The notes: generated from the sequence alone by a model not told the origin. A stretch of 64,000 nt of DNA from Alphaproteobacteria bacterium (GCA_965225945.1 CBDDBZ010000032.1:160001-224000); one strand, 5' to 3'; positions 11,335 to 24,620 are shown, numbered from the stretch's first letter. A program made the numbers and translations.

Positions 11335-12276
11335 CATCTCCCGGGCCGGCGCGTCGGTGCGGACGGCGGCCCTGAGGCGGGCCGAGCGGGCCCTGGGGTT
11401 GGACGTGACTTCGGCCTCGCTCGGCCGGCGGGCACCGCGGAAGAGCGGACGGAAGGTGGCGGGGGGGGCCTCGGGCTCCGGCGGTAGGTGGCGAGAACGG
11501 CCCCGCCCGGCGCCCGTGCGATCCTCCAGGAAACGCTTGACTCGCCGATCTTCCAGCGAATGGAAGGCGATCACCGCCAACCGACCTTCGGCCGAGAGCA
11601 ACCGTTCGGCCGCGTCGAGGCCGCGCTCGAGCTCGCCAAGCTCGTCGTTGACGTGCATGCGAAGTGCCTGGAAGGCCCGAGTCGCGGGATGGCGCGGGCC
11701 GCCGCCGCCGACGGCGGCGGCGATGATCTGTGCCAGCTCGCCGGTGCGTCGGATGGGCTGGCGGGCTCGCGCGCGGAGGATCGCCTTGGCGACGGCGCGG
11801 GCGCGGCGCTCCTCGCCGAGGTCACGGATCACCCGGGAGATCTCGGCCTCGCTCGCCTCGTTGACGAAATCGGCGGCGTTCGGCCCATCCTCGCCCATGC
11901 GCATGTCGAGCGGGCCGTCCTCGCGGAAGGAGAAGCCTCGGGCCGCGTCGTCGATCTGGGGGCTGGAGACACCGAGGTCGAGGGCGACGCCGTCGACCGT
12001 CTCGACACCGACCTCCGCCAACAGATGCTCCATGTCGCCGAAGCGCCCGCGAAGCATGATCAGTCGGCCTGGAAACCGGCGGCGCAACGCCTCGCCAGCG
12101 GCGATCGCTTCGGCGTCGCGATCGATCGCGAAGACGAGGCAGTCCGCCGCCTTCAGGATCGCCCGGCTGTGGCCACCACGGCCGAACGTGGCGTCCACCA
12201 AGCGTCCGCCGGCGCGCGGGGACAACGCCTCCAGCATCTCTCGCACCATCACCGGCGCATGCGCGGCCGCGCTCAT
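11326..12276 (-). CDS. rsmH: 16S rRNA m4C1402 methyltransferase
   Basis: HAPVM, DATFGRGGHS, DLGVSSPQID, FHSLEDRRVK, NPRARSARLR. Confidence 0.97.
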   Translation of the reverse strand: MSAAAHAPVMVREMLEALSPRAGGRLVDATFGRGGHSRAILKAADCLVFAIDRDAEAIAAGEALRRRFPGRLIMLRGRFGDMEHLLAEVGVETVDGVALDLGVSSPQIDDAARGFSFREDGPLDMRMGEDGPNAADFVNEASEAEISRVIRDLGEERRARAVAKAILRARARQPIRRTGELAQIIAAAVGGGGPRHPATRAFQALRMHVNDELGELERGLDAAERLLSAEGRLAVIAFHSLEDRRVKRFLEDRTGAGRGRSRHLPPEPEAPPATFRPLFRGARRPSEAEVTSNPRARSARLRAAVRTDAPAREMAA

Positions 12277-12752
12277 GACTCGTCTCCCCGGCGCCGCTCG
12301 GACTGCATCAGCGCCAGCGCCGGCGCCTCCGCGCGGGCCCGCTCAAGCGCCTCGCTCTCGTAGGTCTCGTAGGCTTCGGGTTGCCAGATCTGGAAGGTCG
12401 CGCCGCGACCGGCAAAGGTGGCAATACCCTCGATACCGGCGTATTCGATCAGCCCTTCCGGCAGCACCACCCGGCCCTCGCCGTCGAACGCCAGCGTATG
12501 GCTGCGGGTCAACAGGGCCGCCGCGAAGGCGCCGTGGCTGTCGCTGAAGGGATTGAAGCCGTCGATGCTCTCGGCGAGGCGCTCGTGGCGGTCCATGCCG
12601 CAGGCCTCGACCGAGGCGGTGACCGGCGAGGGATAGGCGACGATGCCTTGGAACGCCTGCTGGGCAATTATCGCGCGCCAACGAGCGGGCACGGAAACCC
12701 GCCCCTTCTTGTCGACCTTGTTGTCGAAGCGCGAGAAAAAGTAACGCTCCAC
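12273..12752 (-). CDS. mraZ: dcw transcriptional regulator MraZ
   Basis: Two DxxGR motifs (DKKGR, DGEGR); GTG start after GGAGA; first gene of cluster. Confidence 0.92.
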   Translation of the reverse strand: MERYFFSRFDNKVDKKGRVSVPARWRAIIAQQAFQGIVAYPSPVTASVEACGMDRHERLAESIDGFNPFSDSHGAFAAALLTRSHTLAFDGEGRVVLPEGLIEYAGIEGIATFAGRGATFQIWQPEAYETYESEALERARAEAPALALMQSERRRGDES

Positions 12753-12829
12753 CGTGCCGATCTCCGCCCTGGGCCGAAGACGCGAGCCGGCGGTTCGTCG
12801 CGGTACGCCGGCGGCTGTCCCGGCCAATT

Positions 12830-12875
12830 ATGGGACGGTATGGGATATCATGGGAAATTATGGGCGTCAATGGTA
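12830..12875 (+). promoter_or_regulatory. MraZ-box array (TGGGN direct repeats, 10-bp period)
   Basis: TGGGA/TGGGA/TGGGA/TGGGC/TGGTA at 12831, 12841, 12851, 12861, 12871, upstream of mraZ. Confidence 0.8.
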
Positions 12876-13011
12876 AATGACCTTAATAATTTGGAAACAT
12901 GTCGATAATCACAAGAAAAATCATGGCCTTGCACGACCACCGCCCCGGCTATTGGTGGGTCGCGACAAGTGGTGTGAGCGACGAATTAGACCGACATTGT
13001 GGCGAGAATTT

Positions 13012-13026
13012 GTTCTTTAAATGTTC
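13012..13026. promoter_or_regulatory. Candidate alphaproteobacterial LexA (SOS) box
   Basis: GTTC-TTTAAAT-GTTC matches GTTC-N7-GTTC in an AT-rich intergenic stretch. Confidence 0.5.
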
Positions 13027-13084
13027 TAATCAGGCCGGGCCAAATTGACGGCGTGATTTCGCCTCGCGCGACTTACGCGCGGGG

Positions 13085-13235
13085 TCTTGTGAAACGCCAT
13101 CGCGAGCCAAGCGCGGCGCCCGAGACGGTGCTTTCGACGCTGGCCGAGCTGCCACCCTTGGACGTGGTGATGGAGGCTTGTGGCGGGGCGCATTACTCGA
13201 GCCGGGAGATCCAGGCGCTGGGGCCCACAAGGTGA
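13085..13235 (+). pseudogene. IS110-family transposase N-terminal relic
   Basis: VLSTLAELPPLDVVMEACGGAHYSSREIQALG resembles the IS110 MEACGGAHxWAR segment; truncated. Confidence 0.75.
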
Positions 13236-13245
13236 GCCGGATCCA

Positions 13246-14535
13246 TCAGATATCGAACAGCAGGCGCTCGGGCGCTTCCACCATCTCCTTGATCCGGACC
13301 AGGAAGGTCACGGCCTCGCGGCCGTCGACGATCCGATGGTCGTATGAGAAAGCTAGGTACATCATCGGCCGGACCTCGACCTTGCCGTCGAGGGCCATCG
13401 GCCGCTGCTGGATCTTGTGCATGCCGAGGATGCCGGACTGCGGCGGGTTGAGGATCGGCATCGAGAGCAGCGAGCCGTAAACGCCGCCGTTGGAGATCGT
13501 GAAAGTGCCGCCTTGCATCTCGTCGATCGTCAGCTTGCCGTCGCGCGCCCGGCGGCCGAAGTCGCCGATGGTCCGCTCGATCTCGGCGAAGCCCATGGTG
13601 TCGGCGTCCTTCAGCACCGGCACCACCAGACCCTGCGGCGTGCCGACCGCGACGCCGATATTGTAGTAGTTCTTGTAAATCAGGCTATCGCCGTCGATCT
13701 CGGCGTTGACCGCCGGCAATTCCTTCAACGCCAGCACCGAGGCGCGCACGAAGAACGACATGAAGCCGAGGCGAACGCCGTGCTTGCGCTCGAAGACGTC
13801 GCGGTAGGAGCTTCGCGCCTCCATGACGCGAGCCATGTCGACCTCGTTGAAGGTAGTGAGCAGGGCCGCCGTGTTCTGCGCCTCCTTCAGCCGCTCGGCG
13901 ATGCGCCGCCGCAGCCGCGTCATCCGGACGACTTCCTCGCGCGCGCTTCCGGGCCTCGGGCCCGGCGGCTGGTCGGAGATCGTGGCCGGCAGCGCGGCGG
14001 GCGTCGGAGCGGGCGCGGCCGGCGGTGGTGACGGCGCCTCCAGGAAGCGCGTGACATCCTCCTTCAACAGCCGGCCGCCCTTGCCGGTGGCCGAAATCTT
14101 GGCGGGATCGAGACCGTGCTCGGCGACCAAGCGACGCACCGCCGGCGAAAGCGGCATCGGTGCCGCCGGGGCCGCGGCGGGGGCTGGCGCCGGAGCGGGC
14201 GCCGGCGCGGCGGCCGCCACCGCCGCGGGGGTCGGAGTAGGTGCTACCTCGGCGGCGGCGGGCGCGGGCGTTGGCGCCACTGTATCCACTGTAGCCGCCG
14301 CGCCCGCCTCGAAGCGGGCCAGCAGGCCGCCCACCTCCAGCGTCGCCCCGACGTCGGCGACGATCTCCACCAACACGCCGTCGGCCGGCGCCGGTATCTC
14401 GACCGCGACCTTGTCGGTCTCCAACTCGCAGAGTGGCTCGTCCCGCGTTACGGCCTCGCCCGGCTGCTTGAACCACTGCGCGACCGAGGCTTCGGTCACG
14501 GACTCGCCCAAGATGGGCACGATGATGTCGACCAT
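13246..14535 (-). CDS. sucB: 2-oxoglutarate dehydrogenase E2
   Basis: Lipoyl ETDKV, Ala/Pro linkers, [22 protein letters not shown]. Confidence 0.97.
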   Translation of the reverse strand: MVDIIVPILGESVTEASVAQWFKQPGEAVTRDEPLCELETDKVAVEIPAPADGVLVEIVADVGATLEVGGLLARFEAGAAATVDTVAPTPAPAAAEVAPTPTPAAVAAAAPAPAPAPAPAAAPAAPMPLSPAVRRLVAEHGLDPAKISATGKGGRLLKEDVTRFLEAPSPPPAAPAPTPAALPATISDQPPGPRPGSAREEVVRMTRLRRRIAERLKEAQNTAALLTTFNEVDMARVMEARSSYRDVFERKHGVRLGFMSFFVRASVLALKELPAVNAEIDGDSLIYKNYYNIGVAVGTPQGLVVPVLKDADTMGFAEIERTIGDFGRRARDGKLTIDEMQGGTFTISNGGVYGSLLSMPILNPPQSGILGMHKIQQRPMALDGKVEVRPMMYLAFSYDHRIVDGREAVTFLVRIKEMVEAPERLLFDI

Positions 14536-14569
14536 TGGGTGCTGCCCCCCAAACCGCGCGTGCCGCGCC

Positions 14570-17479
14570 CTACACGCCGAGCGCCTTGGCGACGATCTTG
14601 TCCTGTTCCTCGCGATGCACGCTCAACAGGCCCGTCGCCGTCGACGCCGTTTCCGGCCGCCCGACGTAGCGCACGCGCTGACACTTGTGCCCCGCCTTGT
14701 CCAGCGCCTGCTCGATGCGCGGCATGACGAACCACCAGGCACCCATGTTCTGCGGCTCCTCCTGGCACCAGAGGATCTCGGCCTTGGGGAAACGCTCGAA
14801 CTCCTGGATCAAGGGTTGCTTGGGGAAGGGATAGAGCTGCTCCAGCCGCATCAGGTAGACGCTCTTGCGTTTCATCTCCTCGCGCTTCTCCAGCAGGTCG
14901 TAGTACACCTTACCCGAGCAGAGCACGAGGCGACGCACCTTGTCCGGCGCCACCAGGCTCTCGTCGCCCGCCATCTCCAGATCGTCGTAGAGCAGGCGGT
15001 GGAAGGTGCTGCCCGGCCCCATCTCGTCCAGCCGGTTGACGCAGCGCTTGTGGCGCAGCAACGACTTCGGCGTCATTAGGATCAACGGCTTGCGGAACTT
15101 GCGGTGGATCTGCCGGCGCAGGATGTGGAAGTAGTTGGACGGCGTGGTGCAGTTGGCGACCTGGATGTTGTCCTCGGCGCAGAGCTGGAGGTAGCGTTCG
15201 AGGCGGGCCGAGGAATGATCCGGCCCCTGGCCCTCGAAGCCGTGCGGCAGCAGCATCACCAGGCCGCTCATCCGGAGCCACTTGCTCTCGGCGCCGGCGA
15301 GGAACTGATCGATGATCATCTGCGCGCCGTTGGCGAAATCGCCGAACTGCGCCTCCCAGATGATCAGGCCCTTGGGCTCGGCCAGGCTGTAACCGTATTC
15401 GAAGCCCAGCACCGCCGCTTCCGAGAGGGCGCTGTTGATCACCTCGAAGCTGGCCTGATCGCGATCCAGGTTGTTGAGCGGGGTGAACTTGCGTTCGTCC
15501 TCCTGATCGACCAGCACGCTGTGGCGCTGGGAGAAGGTGCCGCGGGCCGAATCCTGGCCCGAGAGCCGCACCGGAAAGCCCTCCAGCAGCAGCGAGCCGA
15601 AGGCCAGCGCCTCCGCCGTCGACCAATCGATGCTCTCACCGGCCTCGATGTTGCGCCGCTTCTGCTCCAGCAGGCGGCGGATCGTGCGATGCACGCGGAG
15701 GTCCTTGGGATAGCTGCTGAGCTCGTTGCCGATCCGCGTCAGGGTCTCGAGCTTGACGTCGGTATGGCCGCGCCGGGCCCCGCCCCGGGCGCGTTCCAGG
15801 CCGCTCCAGACACCTTCCAGCCAATCGGCCCTGTTGACCTTGTAGGTCTCCGCCGCCTCCAGGGATTGTTCGAGGCTGGCATGGAAATCGCCGACTTGCT
15901 GGTCCACTTCCTCGCTCGTGAGCACGCCCGCCTCGACCAGGCGATCGGCGTAGATCTGCCGCGTCGTCGGATGCTCGGCGATCTTGGCGTACATATTGGG
16001 CTGCGTGAACCCCGGCTCGTCGCCCTCGTTGTGGCCGTGCCGGCGATAGCAGAACATGTCGATGACCACGTCCTGCTTGAAGCGTTGGCGGAATTCGACC
16101 GCCAGCTCGGCCACCCGGCAAACCGCTTCGGGATCGTCGCCGTTGACGTGAAACACCGGCGCCTGGACCATCTTGGCGACGTCGGAGGCATAGGGCGAGG
16201 AGCGGCTGGCGATCGGGTTGGTGGTGAAGCCGATCTGGTTGTTGACGATGATGTGGACCGTGCCGCCGATCCGGTAGCCCTCGAGATCGGAGAGCGCGAA
16301 GCATTCCGCCACCAGGCCCTGGCCCGCGAAGGCGGCATCGCCGTGCATCAAGACCGCCATCACCTGGGAGCGCGAGGTGTCCTGTCGCTGCGTCTGCTTG
16401 GCCCGTGCCTTGCCGATGACGACGGGATCCACCGCCTCCAGATGCGAGGGATTGGCGGCGAGCGAGAGATGCACCATGTAGCCGCCGAATTCCCGCTCGG
16501 TCGAGGTGCCGAGGTGATATTTGACGTCGCCCGAGCCCTGCACGTCCTCGGGATGGGTGGCGTGGCCTTGGAACTCGGCGAAGATCTGGCTGTAGGGCTT
16601 GGCCATGAAGGTGGCGAGGACGTTCAGCCGGCCGCGATGCGGCATGCCCAGCGAGATCTCCCGGACGCCCAGTTCGGCGCCCCGGGTCACCAAGGATTCC
16701 AGCGCCGGAATGAGCGATTCCGCGCCCTCGAGGCCGAAACGCTTGGTCCCGGTGTACTTCAGGTGCAGAAAGCGCTCGAAACCCTCGCACTCGGTGAGTT
16801 TGCGCAGGATGGCGCGGCATTCGGCCGGTCGGAAGCCCATCTGGTCGTAACGGTTCTCGACCATCTGCTGGATCCAGGCCTTTTCCTCGGGGCCCTGCAT
16901 GTGCATGTACTCGACCCCAATCGAGCCGCAATAGGTGCGAGTGACGATGTCGAGGATCTCGCGCAGCGTCGCCGATTCCAGGCCGAGGGCGTAGTTGATG
17001 AAGATCGGCCGATCCATGGTGCCGTCGTCGAAGCCATAGGACTTGGGATCGAGCTCGGAATGCTCACGGATCGGTGCGAGGCCGAGCGGGTCCAAGTTGG
17101 CCTTCAGATGGCCACGCACCCGGTAGGAACGGATCATCATCAACGCGCGGATCGAATCCAGTGTCGCCTGGCGGGAATGTTGGGCCGAGACGGCGCCGAT
17201 CGCCGCCGGCGCCTGGGTGGCGATGGCATGGATCTCGGACGGATCCTCCAGCAGCTTATAGTTGCGACCGGCCTCGAGCCGCCGCGCATCCTTGGGTGCC
17301 CAACTGGCGCCCTTGAGCTCCGCCTGCACGTCGCCCGTCTCGTCGCCGAGTTCGTCGAAGAAATCGCGCCAACTCGGGTCCAGCGTGCTCGGGCTGGTCA
17401 GATAGCGCTGATAGAGCTCCTCGATGAAGGCGCTGTTGGCGCCATAGAGGAAGGACGTCGCCTCGGCCGATTCGGTCAT
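14570..17479 (-). CDS. sucA: 2-oxoglutarate dehydrogenase E1
   Basis: [40 protein letters not shown]. Confidence 0.98.
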   Translation of the reverse strand: MTESAEATSFLYGANSAFIEELYQRYLTSPSTLDPSWRDFFDELGDETGDVQAELKGASWAPKDARRLEAGRNYKLLEDPSEIHAIATQAPAAIGAVSAQHSRQATLDSIRALMMIRSYRVRGHLKANLDPLGLAPIREHSELDPKSYGFDDGTMDRPIFINYALGLESATLREILDIVTRTYCGSIGVEYMHMQGPEEKAWIQQMVENRYDQMGFRPAECRAILRKLTECEGFERFLHLKYTGTKRFGLEGAESLIPALESLVTRGAELGVREISLGMPHRGRLNVLATFMAKPYSQIFAEFQGHATHPEDVQGSGDVKYHLGTSTEREFGGYMVHLSLAANPSHLEAVDPVVIGKARAKQTQRQDTSRSQVMAVLMHGDAAFAGQGLVAECFALSDLEGYRIGGTVHIIVNNQIGFTTNPIASRSSPYASDVAKMVQAPVFHVNGDDPEAVCRVAELAVEFRQRFKQDVVIDMFCYRRHGHNEGDEPGFTQPNMYAKIAEHPTTRQIYADRLVEAGVLTSEEVDQQVGDFHASLEQSLEAAETYKVNRADWLEGVWSGLERARGGARRGHTDVKLETLTRIGNELSSYPKDLRVHRTIRRLLEQKRRNIEAGESIDWSTAEALAFGSLLLEGFPVRLSGQDSARGTFSQRHSVLVDQEDERKFTPLNNLDRDQASFEVINSALSEAAVLGFEYGYSLAEPKGLIIWEAQFGDFANGAQMIIDQFLAGAESKWLRMSGLVMLLPHGFEGQGPDHSSARLERYLQLCAEDNIQVANCTTPSNYFHILRRQIHRKFRKPLILMTPKSLLRHKRCVNRLDEMGPGSTFHRLLYDDLEMAGDESLVAPDKVRRLVLCSGKVYYDLLEKREEMKRKSVYLMRLEQLYPFPKQPLIQEFERFPKAEILWCQEEPQNMGAWWFVMPRIEQALDKAGHKCQRVRYVGRPETASTATGLLSVHREEQDKIVAKALGV

Positions 17480-17555
17480 ACCTCACCCCCCGCGCGATGC
17501 TCGGGCGCCGCGTATCGTCTGGTGTCTTGTCCCAAGCCGACGATAACCTACCCGA

Positions 17556-18430
<875 letters not shown>

Positions 18431-18431
<1 letters not shown>

Positions 18432-19600
18432 CACGCCGCCGCCTCGACCGCGCGGACGATCTTCGCCGCCGCGTCGCCCAAGTCGTCGGCGGCGGTGATC
18501 GCCAGGCCGGAATCGTCCAGGATCCGCTTGCCGATGTCGACGTTGGTGCCCTCGAGGCGAACCACCAGGGGCACCGAGAGGTTGACCTCCTTGGCCGCCG
18601 CGACGACGCCCTCGGCGATCACGTCGCAGCGCATGATGCCGCCGAAGATGTTGACCAGGATGCCCTTCACCTTGGGATCGCCCAGGATGATCTTGAAGGC
18701 GGTGGTCACCCTCTCCTTGTCGGCGTCGCCGCCGACGTCGAGAAAATTGGCGGGCTCGCCCCCCTCCAGCTTGATGATGTCCATGGTCGCCATCGCCAGG
18801 CCGGCGCCGTTCACCATGCAGCCGATCGAGCCGTCGAGCTTGATGTAGCTGAGCTCGGCCTCCGCTGCCTCCAGCTCGACCGGGTCCTCCTCGGTGGGAT
18901 CGCGCAAGGCAGCGATGTCGCGATGGCGGAAGAGGGCGTTGTCGTCGAAGTTCATCTTGGCGTCGAGGGCGATGATGTCGCCCGAGGCGGTCACCACCAG
19001 GGGATTGATCTCCACCATGGAGGCGTCGGTCGACTGCATCGCGCCATGGAGTGCCGTGATGAAGCCGACGGCCTGCTTGATCTGGTCACCCTCGAGCCCC
19101 AGGGCGAAGGCGAGGCGGCGGGCGTGAAAGGCTTGCAAGCCGGTCGCCGGATCGATCGCGACGGTGACGATCTTCTCCGGTGTCTTGGCCGCCACTTCCT
19201 CGATCTCGACTCCACCCTCGGTCGAGGCCATGATCGCCACCCGGCCGCTGCCACGATCGACCACCGCGCCCAGGTAGATCTCGCGGGCGATGTCGCAGCC
19301 TTCCTCGATATAGAGCCGCCGCACTTCCTTGCCGGCGGGGCCGGTCTGAGGGGTCACCAGGATCTTGCCCAGAATCTCGCCCGCCAGCGCCTCGACCTCG
19401 TCGAGCGAGCGGGCGATCTTGACGCCGCCCGCCTTGCCCCGGCCACCGGCGTGGATCTGCGCCTTGACCACCCAAAGTTCGCCGCCCAGCGCCGCCGCCT
19501 TCTCCCGCGCCTCGGCGATCGTGAAGGCCGCATGGCCGCGCGGCACGGCCACGCCGTGCTTGGCGAGCACCTCCTTGGCCTGATGTTCGTGAATATTCAT
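18431..19600 (-). CDS. sucC: Succinyl-CoA synthetase beta subunit
   Basis: [44 protein letters not shown]. Confidence 0.98.
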
Positions 19601-19648
19601 GGCCTTACCTCTCTGCCGGCATCGCACGCGCCACGCCCCCGAGCGACC

Positions 19649-20770
19649 CTAGTGTCCCGATTCCGAAGTTCGCATGATTTTCGCCTGCTGTTCAGCGATT
19701 TCGATTGTTCGGAGGCAGAAGCGCTGGATGGCGCCGAGGATGTCATCGGCGGATTTGGTCCATTTGAAGGGTTTGGGGTTCTGGTTTGTCGTGTCGATGT
19801 AGTCGAGGATGGTGCGCTCCAGCTCCTTGGTGGAGCGATGGACGCCGCGCCTGATCTGCTTGTCGGTCAGCAGCCCGAACCAGCGCTCGACCTGGTTGAG
19901 CCAGGAGGCGCTGGTGGGTGTGAAATGGGCCTACCAGCGCGGCCGTTTGGCGAACCAGTCGCGGATCGCCTTGGTCTTGTGGGTCCCGTAGTTGTCCATG
20001 ACGATGTGGATGTCGAGATCACCAGGGACGTTCGCCTCGACGAGGTCGAGGAATTTGCGGAACTCTCGGGCCCGATGGCGCGGGAAACATTTGCCGATGA
20101 TCTCTCCCGTGGCGATGTCGAGGGCCGCGAAGAGAGAGGTCGTGCCGTGGCGCTTGTAGTCGTGGCTGCGCCGCTCCGCCTGCCCGGGGCGCATCGGCAA
20201 GAGGGGCTGGGAACGGTCCAGGGCCTGGATCTGGCTCTTTTCGTCGACACAGAGAACCAGGGCACGATCCGGCGGCGCCAAATACAGACCGACGATGTCG
20301 CGGACCTTCTCCACGAAGAAGGGATCGCTCGACAGCTTGAAGGTCTCCGAGCGATGCGGCTGCAAGCCGAAGGCCCGCCAGATGCGATGAATGGTCGAGG
20401 GCGCGTGGCCGCTCGCCCGCGCCATCGAGCGAAGGCTCCAATGGGTCGCGTCCGGCGGCGTCTCTTCCAGCGTCAGCCGGACCGCTTCCGCGATGGCGTC
20501 ATCGCCGATTTGACGCGGCGCGCCGGGGCGGGGTTCGTCGTACAGACCGTCGAGGCCCTCCGCCGCATAGCGGCGACGCCACTTGCCCACGGTGTCCGCG
20601 CTCGCCTCGAGACGAACGGCGATCTCCTTGTTCTCCAACCCTTCCGCCGCCGCCAAGACGATCCGAGCCCGCCGCGCAAGCCCCTGCGACGTCTTGCGAC
20701 GACGAGACAGCGCCTCCAATTCGGCGCGCTCGTCATCGCTCAAAGAGATCGTCACCGCCACTCTCGCCAT
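19649..20770 (-). pseudogene. IS630 transposase with in-frame amber stop at 19931-19933
   Basis: [21 protein letters not shown]; past TAG the same frame reads AHFTPTSASWLNQVERWF...SESGH*. Confidence 0.9.
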
Positions 20771-20832
20771 CAATCGCGCCTCCTGAAAACAAATAGAGAC
20801 ATAATCATATCAATTTATCGATCAGGACACTA
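19650..20832 (-). mobile_element. IS630-family element 1 (coordinates include both TA copies)
   Basis: Ends TAGTGTCCCGAT... and ...ATCAGGACACTA are inverted repeats with TA at both ends. Confidence 0.92.
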
Positions 20833-20905
20833 GCCGCCCCTCCCGGGCCTGGCAACCGGGCCGCATATCGGACCATTATCAGTCCAGACGAGACCAGAGG
20901 GAGAA

Positions 20906-21595
20906 ATGGGGATGGCACTGTTGGGCGCCGGCGTCGCGGCGATCTGGCACAATGTCGCGAAGGAGTCACAGGCCGATTACAACCATTGGCACTGCCACGA
21001 GCACATGGCGGAGCGGGTCGGGATCCCGGGCTTTCGGCGCGGCCGGCGCTATGTGGCGATCGAGGGCGAGCCGGAATTCTTCCATTTTTACGAAACGGAA
21101 TCGCTGGCGACGCTGACCTCGCCCGCCTATCTCGCGCGGCTCGACGATCCGACACCCTGGACTCAGGCAATCGGTCCCCTCATACGCGACAACAACCGCA
21201 CCCTCTCGCAGGTCGTGGCGAGCCGGGGCGTTGGCGTCGGCGCGGCGATCCTGACCGGACGATTCACAGCCCTGGAAGGCCGGGCGGAGGACGCGCGCGC
21301 CTGGCTTGGCGACGATCTCTTCCCCGCGCTCGTGCAGGGCCCGGGTGTCGTGGCGGCACACCTGCTCAGGGGCGATCAAGAGTCGAGCACCGTCGCCAGC
21401 GAGGAGAAGGCAATGCGTGAAGCCCCCGACGACGTCGCCGATTGGGTGTTCCTGATCGAGGCCTTGGAGCCCGACGCGCTGGCGCCGCTCCGCGACGGCG
21501 CCTTCGCCGAGACCGCCCGGGCCAGCCGAGGCATCGGCGCCTGCCATATGGGCCTCTACCGCCTGCACTTCGTGCTCTCCGAGAGCGAGCTGTAG
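20906..21595 (+). CDS. Conserved hypothetical protein (DUF4286/EthD-like)
   Basis: YNHWHCHEHMAERVGIPGF, YLARLDDPTPW; start 20906 or 20912. Confidence 0.7.
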   Translation: MGMALLGAGVAAIWHNVAKESQADYNHWHCHEHMAERVGIPGFRRGRRYVAIEGEPEFFHFYETESLATLTSPAYLARLDDPTPWTQAIGPLIRDNNRTLSQVVASRGVGVGAAILTGRFTALEGRAEDARAWLGDDLFPALVQGPGVVAAHLLRGDQESSTVASEEKAMREAPDDVADWVFLIEALEPDALAPLRDGAFAETARASRGIGACHMGLYRLHFVLSESEL

Positions 21596-21617
21596 CGCCG
21601 AGGGCCGAGTCAGCCAC

Positions 21618-22982
21618 TCAATAGGCCCGTTCGCTATAGACCGGGTCGACCGAGCCGGCCCAGGGGCCGTCGAAGAGTTCCAGCAGGACCTCCGCCTGGG
21701 TGCGGCGCTCGGCGATGATGGGCTCCAGCGGCTCCAGATACTGGGTCTCGTCCAGCCCGCTCGAGGAGAGGTGGCCGCGGGCCCGGAGCCCGGCCCGGGC
21801 GAGCGCCAGAACCTCCGCCGCGATGTCGCCCACGGCGCCGCCCCGGAACGGGGTGGCGAGCGCCTGTTTCGGCGTCTCGACGCGGAGGTATTCCCGCTCT
21901 TCCGCCGTCCAGTCCTTGACCAGGTCCCAGGCCGCGGCAAGCGTCGGTGGATCGTAGAGCAGCCCGACCCAGAGCGCCGGCAGCGCGCAGAGCTGGCCCC
22001 AGGGCCCCGCGTCGGCGCCGCGCATCTCCAGGTAGCGCTTCAACCTGACCTCGGGGAAGATGGTCGTCAGGTGATCCTCCCAGTCCGCCAGGCTCGGCCG
22101 TTCGCCCGGCAGGGCCGGCAGACGGCCGGCCAGGAAGTCGCGGAAGGACTGGCCGGAGGCATCGATATAGGTGGCGTCGCGGTAAACGAAATACATCGGC
22201 ACGTCGAGCGCGTATTCGACATAGGCCTCGAAGCCGAAACCTTGCTCGAAGACGAAGGGCAGCATGCCGCAGCGATCGGGATCGGTGTCGGTCCAGATCA
22301 TGGAGCGGAAGCTGAGATAGCCGTTCGGCCGGTTCTCGGTGAAGGGGGAGTTGGCGAAGATCGCCGTGGCGATCGGCTGCAGGGCCAGCGAGGCGCGGAG
22401 CTTGAGCACCATGTCCGCTTCCGATTCGAAGTCGAGATTGACCTGGACGGTACAGCTCCGGAGCATCATGTCGAGGCCGTGGCCGCCCTTGCTCGGCATG
22501 TAGCGGCGCATGATGTCGTAGCGCCCCTTGGGCATCACGAAGACATCCTCGCGCTGCCACTTCGGGTTGAAGCCGAGGCCGAGGAAGCCGATCCCCAACT
22601 CCCCGGCCACCTCGCGCACCTGGGCGAGATGGACGTGGACCTCGTCGCAGGTCTCGTGCAGCGTCGCGAGGGGGGCGCCCGAGAGCTCGAACTGACCGCC
22701 CGGCTCCAACGAGACCGAGGCGCCGTCCTGGCTCAAGGCGATGACGTTGCCCTGCTCCGTGACCGGTGCCCAGCCGAACCTTCGCAGGCCTTCGAGCATG
22801 GCGCGGACGCCATGGTCCCCATCATAGGGAATGGGGCGGAGCGTTGCCAAATCGAAGCCGAATTTCTCGTGCTCGGAGCCGATCCGCCACTCGGCGCGAG
22901 GCGTGACGCCGGCCTCGATATAAGCGACGAGTTCGCGCACATCCTCGATCGCCGGCGCGGGGGCCTCCGCGAATTCCGCCAT
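21618..22982 (-). CDS. gshA: Glutamate--cysteine ligase (plant/alpha type)
   Basis: [42 protein letters not shown]; start MAEFAEAP. Confidence 0.95.
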   Translation of the reverse strand: MAEFAEAPAPAIEDVRELVAYIEAGVTPRAEWRIGSEHEKFGFDLATLRPIPYDGDHGVRAMLEGLRRFGWAPVTEQGNVIALSQDGASVSLEPGGQFELSGAPLATLHETCDEVHVHLAQVREVAGELGIGFLGLGFNPKWQREDVFVMPKGRYDIMRRYMPSKGGHGLDMMLRSCTVQVNLDFESEADMVLKLRASLALQPIATAIFANSPFTENRPNGYLSFRSMIWTDTDPDRCGMLPFVFEQGFGFEAYVEYALDVPMYFVYRDATYIDASGQSFRDFLAGRLPALPGERPSLADWEDHLTTIFPEVRLKRYLEMRGADAGPWGQLCALPALWVGLLYDPPTLAAAWDLVKDWTAEEREYLRVETPKQALATPFRGGAVGDIAAEVLALARAGLRARGHLSSSGLDETQYLEPLEPIIAERRTQAEVLLELFDGPWAGSVDPVYSERAY

Positions 22983-23213
22983 GCGAGTTGCCTCGTCCTC
23001 AACGTCGCGCGGCGACGCGGCCCCCAAACTCGCGCGCGCCTTCACGCCGCCCGGACGATACGGGCAACGTCGCCCGGCGCGCAAGCCCCGCGACCCGCGT
23101 GGCTGGCATTGCGAGCGGACGCGACAAATCGCCCCGAAACGAGAAAATTCACTGCTTGCGGGCGGCTCGACGAAGCGGCTAAATTCGCCCGCGCAATTCG
23201 CGGGAGCCTGTCG

Positions 23214-23756
23214 ATGGACCTCTTCGAAGCCAACAAATTCCTCGGCGCGTTGTTGGGTGCCGGCCTGCTGGTGATGCTGATCAACGAGGTGGGGAATTTC
23301 GTCGTCCATTCGAGCGTGCCCGCCGAGACGGCGATCGCCGTCGAGACGCCCGAGGCACCAGCCGAGAAGGCGGCCGAGGCCCCGGCGAAGGCGCCGGAGA
23401 TGTCGGCCGTCCGGATGATTGCCAGCGCCGATATCGCGGCTGGCCAGAAGGTGGCCAAGAAGTGCGTAGCCTGTCACACCTTCGACAAGGGCGGAAAGAA
23501 GAAGAGCGGCCCCAACCTCTGGGGCGTGATCGGCCGGGCCAAGGCCGGAAGCGCCGGCTTCCGCTATTCGAGCGCGCTGAAGGGCCTCGGCGGCGCGTGG
23601 AGCTACGCCGACCTGAACGCCTTCCTGATCAGTCCCAAGAAATATGCCAAGGGCACCAAAATGACCTTCGCCGGACTCAAGCGACCCGGCGATCGGGCGG
23701 CCCTCCTCGCCTATCTCCGCCAGGAGCACGACAGCCCGCCGGAAATGCCCGAATAG
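23214..23756 (+). CDS. cycM: Membrane-anchored cytochrome c (CycM-like)
   Basis: MDLFEANK + TM anchor, [19 protein letters not shown]. Confidence 0.9.
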   Translation: MDLFEANKFLGALLGAGLLVMLINEVGNFVVHSSVPAETAIAVETPEAPAEKAAEAPAKAPEMSAVRMIASADIAAGQKVAKKCVACHTFDKGGKKKSGPNLWGVIGRAKAGSAGFRYSSALKGLGGAWSYADLNAFLISPKKYAKGTKMTFAGLKRPGDRAALLAYLRQEHDSPPEMPE

Positions 23757-23779
23757 CCGGCGTCCGAGGGCCGCTTCGC

Positions 23780-24577
23780 ATGGACTGCCCGGCCGAATTC
23801 CTCGACCTCGCCCAGCGTCTGGCGAACGCCGCCGGGGCCCGGATTCGGACCCATTTCCGCCAACCCATCGCTCTCGAGCACAAGGCGGACGGTAGCTTCG
23901 TCACCATCGCCGATTCCGAGGCGGAGGCGGCGATGCGCGAGATCCTGATGCGCGAGGTGCCCGAGCACGGCATCGAGGGGGAGGAATACGGCATCCACAA
24001 CCCGCAAGCCGAGTGGATTTGGCGGCTGGACCCGATCGACGGCACCAACTCGTTCCTTTCCGGCTCCCCCCTCTTCACCACGCTGATCGCCCTGGTGCAC
24101 CGGGACCGCGCCGTCCTGGGGCTGATCGACCAGCCGATCTTGGGCGAGCGCTGGCTGGCCCACGGCAAGGTGGCGACGACGCTCAACGGCGTGCCCCAGC
24201 AATGCCGCGAATGCGCCTCCCTCGCCGAGGCCATCCACTACACCACCGGCCCGCGCTATTTCGAGGGCGGCCACGAGGCGGCCCTGCAGGCGCTGCTGGA
24301 GGGCACGGCGCTCACCCGTTTCAGCGCCGACGCCTATGCCATCGGCCTGCTGGTCGGCGGCCACTGCGACGTGGTGGTCGAACGTGGCCTCGACCCGCAC
24401 GACTATGCCGCGGCCGTGCCGATCGTCGAAAACGCCGGCGGCGCCTGCGCCAACTGGCGCGGCCAACGCCACGACATGCACAGCGGCGACGACCTGCTGG
24501 CCGTGGGCGACGCCCGGCTGATGCAGCCCGTGCTCGAACTGTTGAACGGGCGGGCGGTTGCTTGGCCGGCGAACTAG
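23780..24577 (+). CDS. Inositol monophosphatase family, HisN-like
   Basis: [29 protein letters not shown]. Confidence 0.85.
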   Translation: MDCPAEFLDLAQRLANAAGARIRTHFRQPIALEHKADGSFVTIADSEAEAAMREILMREVPEHGIEGEEYGIHNPQAEWIWRLDPIDGTNSFLSGSPLFTTLIALVHRDRAVLGLIDQPILGERWLAHGKVATTLNGVPQQCRECASLAEAIHYTTGPRYFEGGHEAALQALLEGTALTRFSADAYAIGLLVGGHCDVVVERGLDPHDYAAAVPIVENAGGACANWRGQRHDMHSGDDLLAVGDARLMQPVLELLNGRAVAWPAN

Positions 24578-24620
24578 GCTACATCATGGGTTCGCCTTGA
24601 CCATTTGGGGACGGTCCGCC

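Noticed and set aside
13960-14310. Ala/Pro repeats in sucB
   Set aside because: Normal flexible linkers of E2 subunits.
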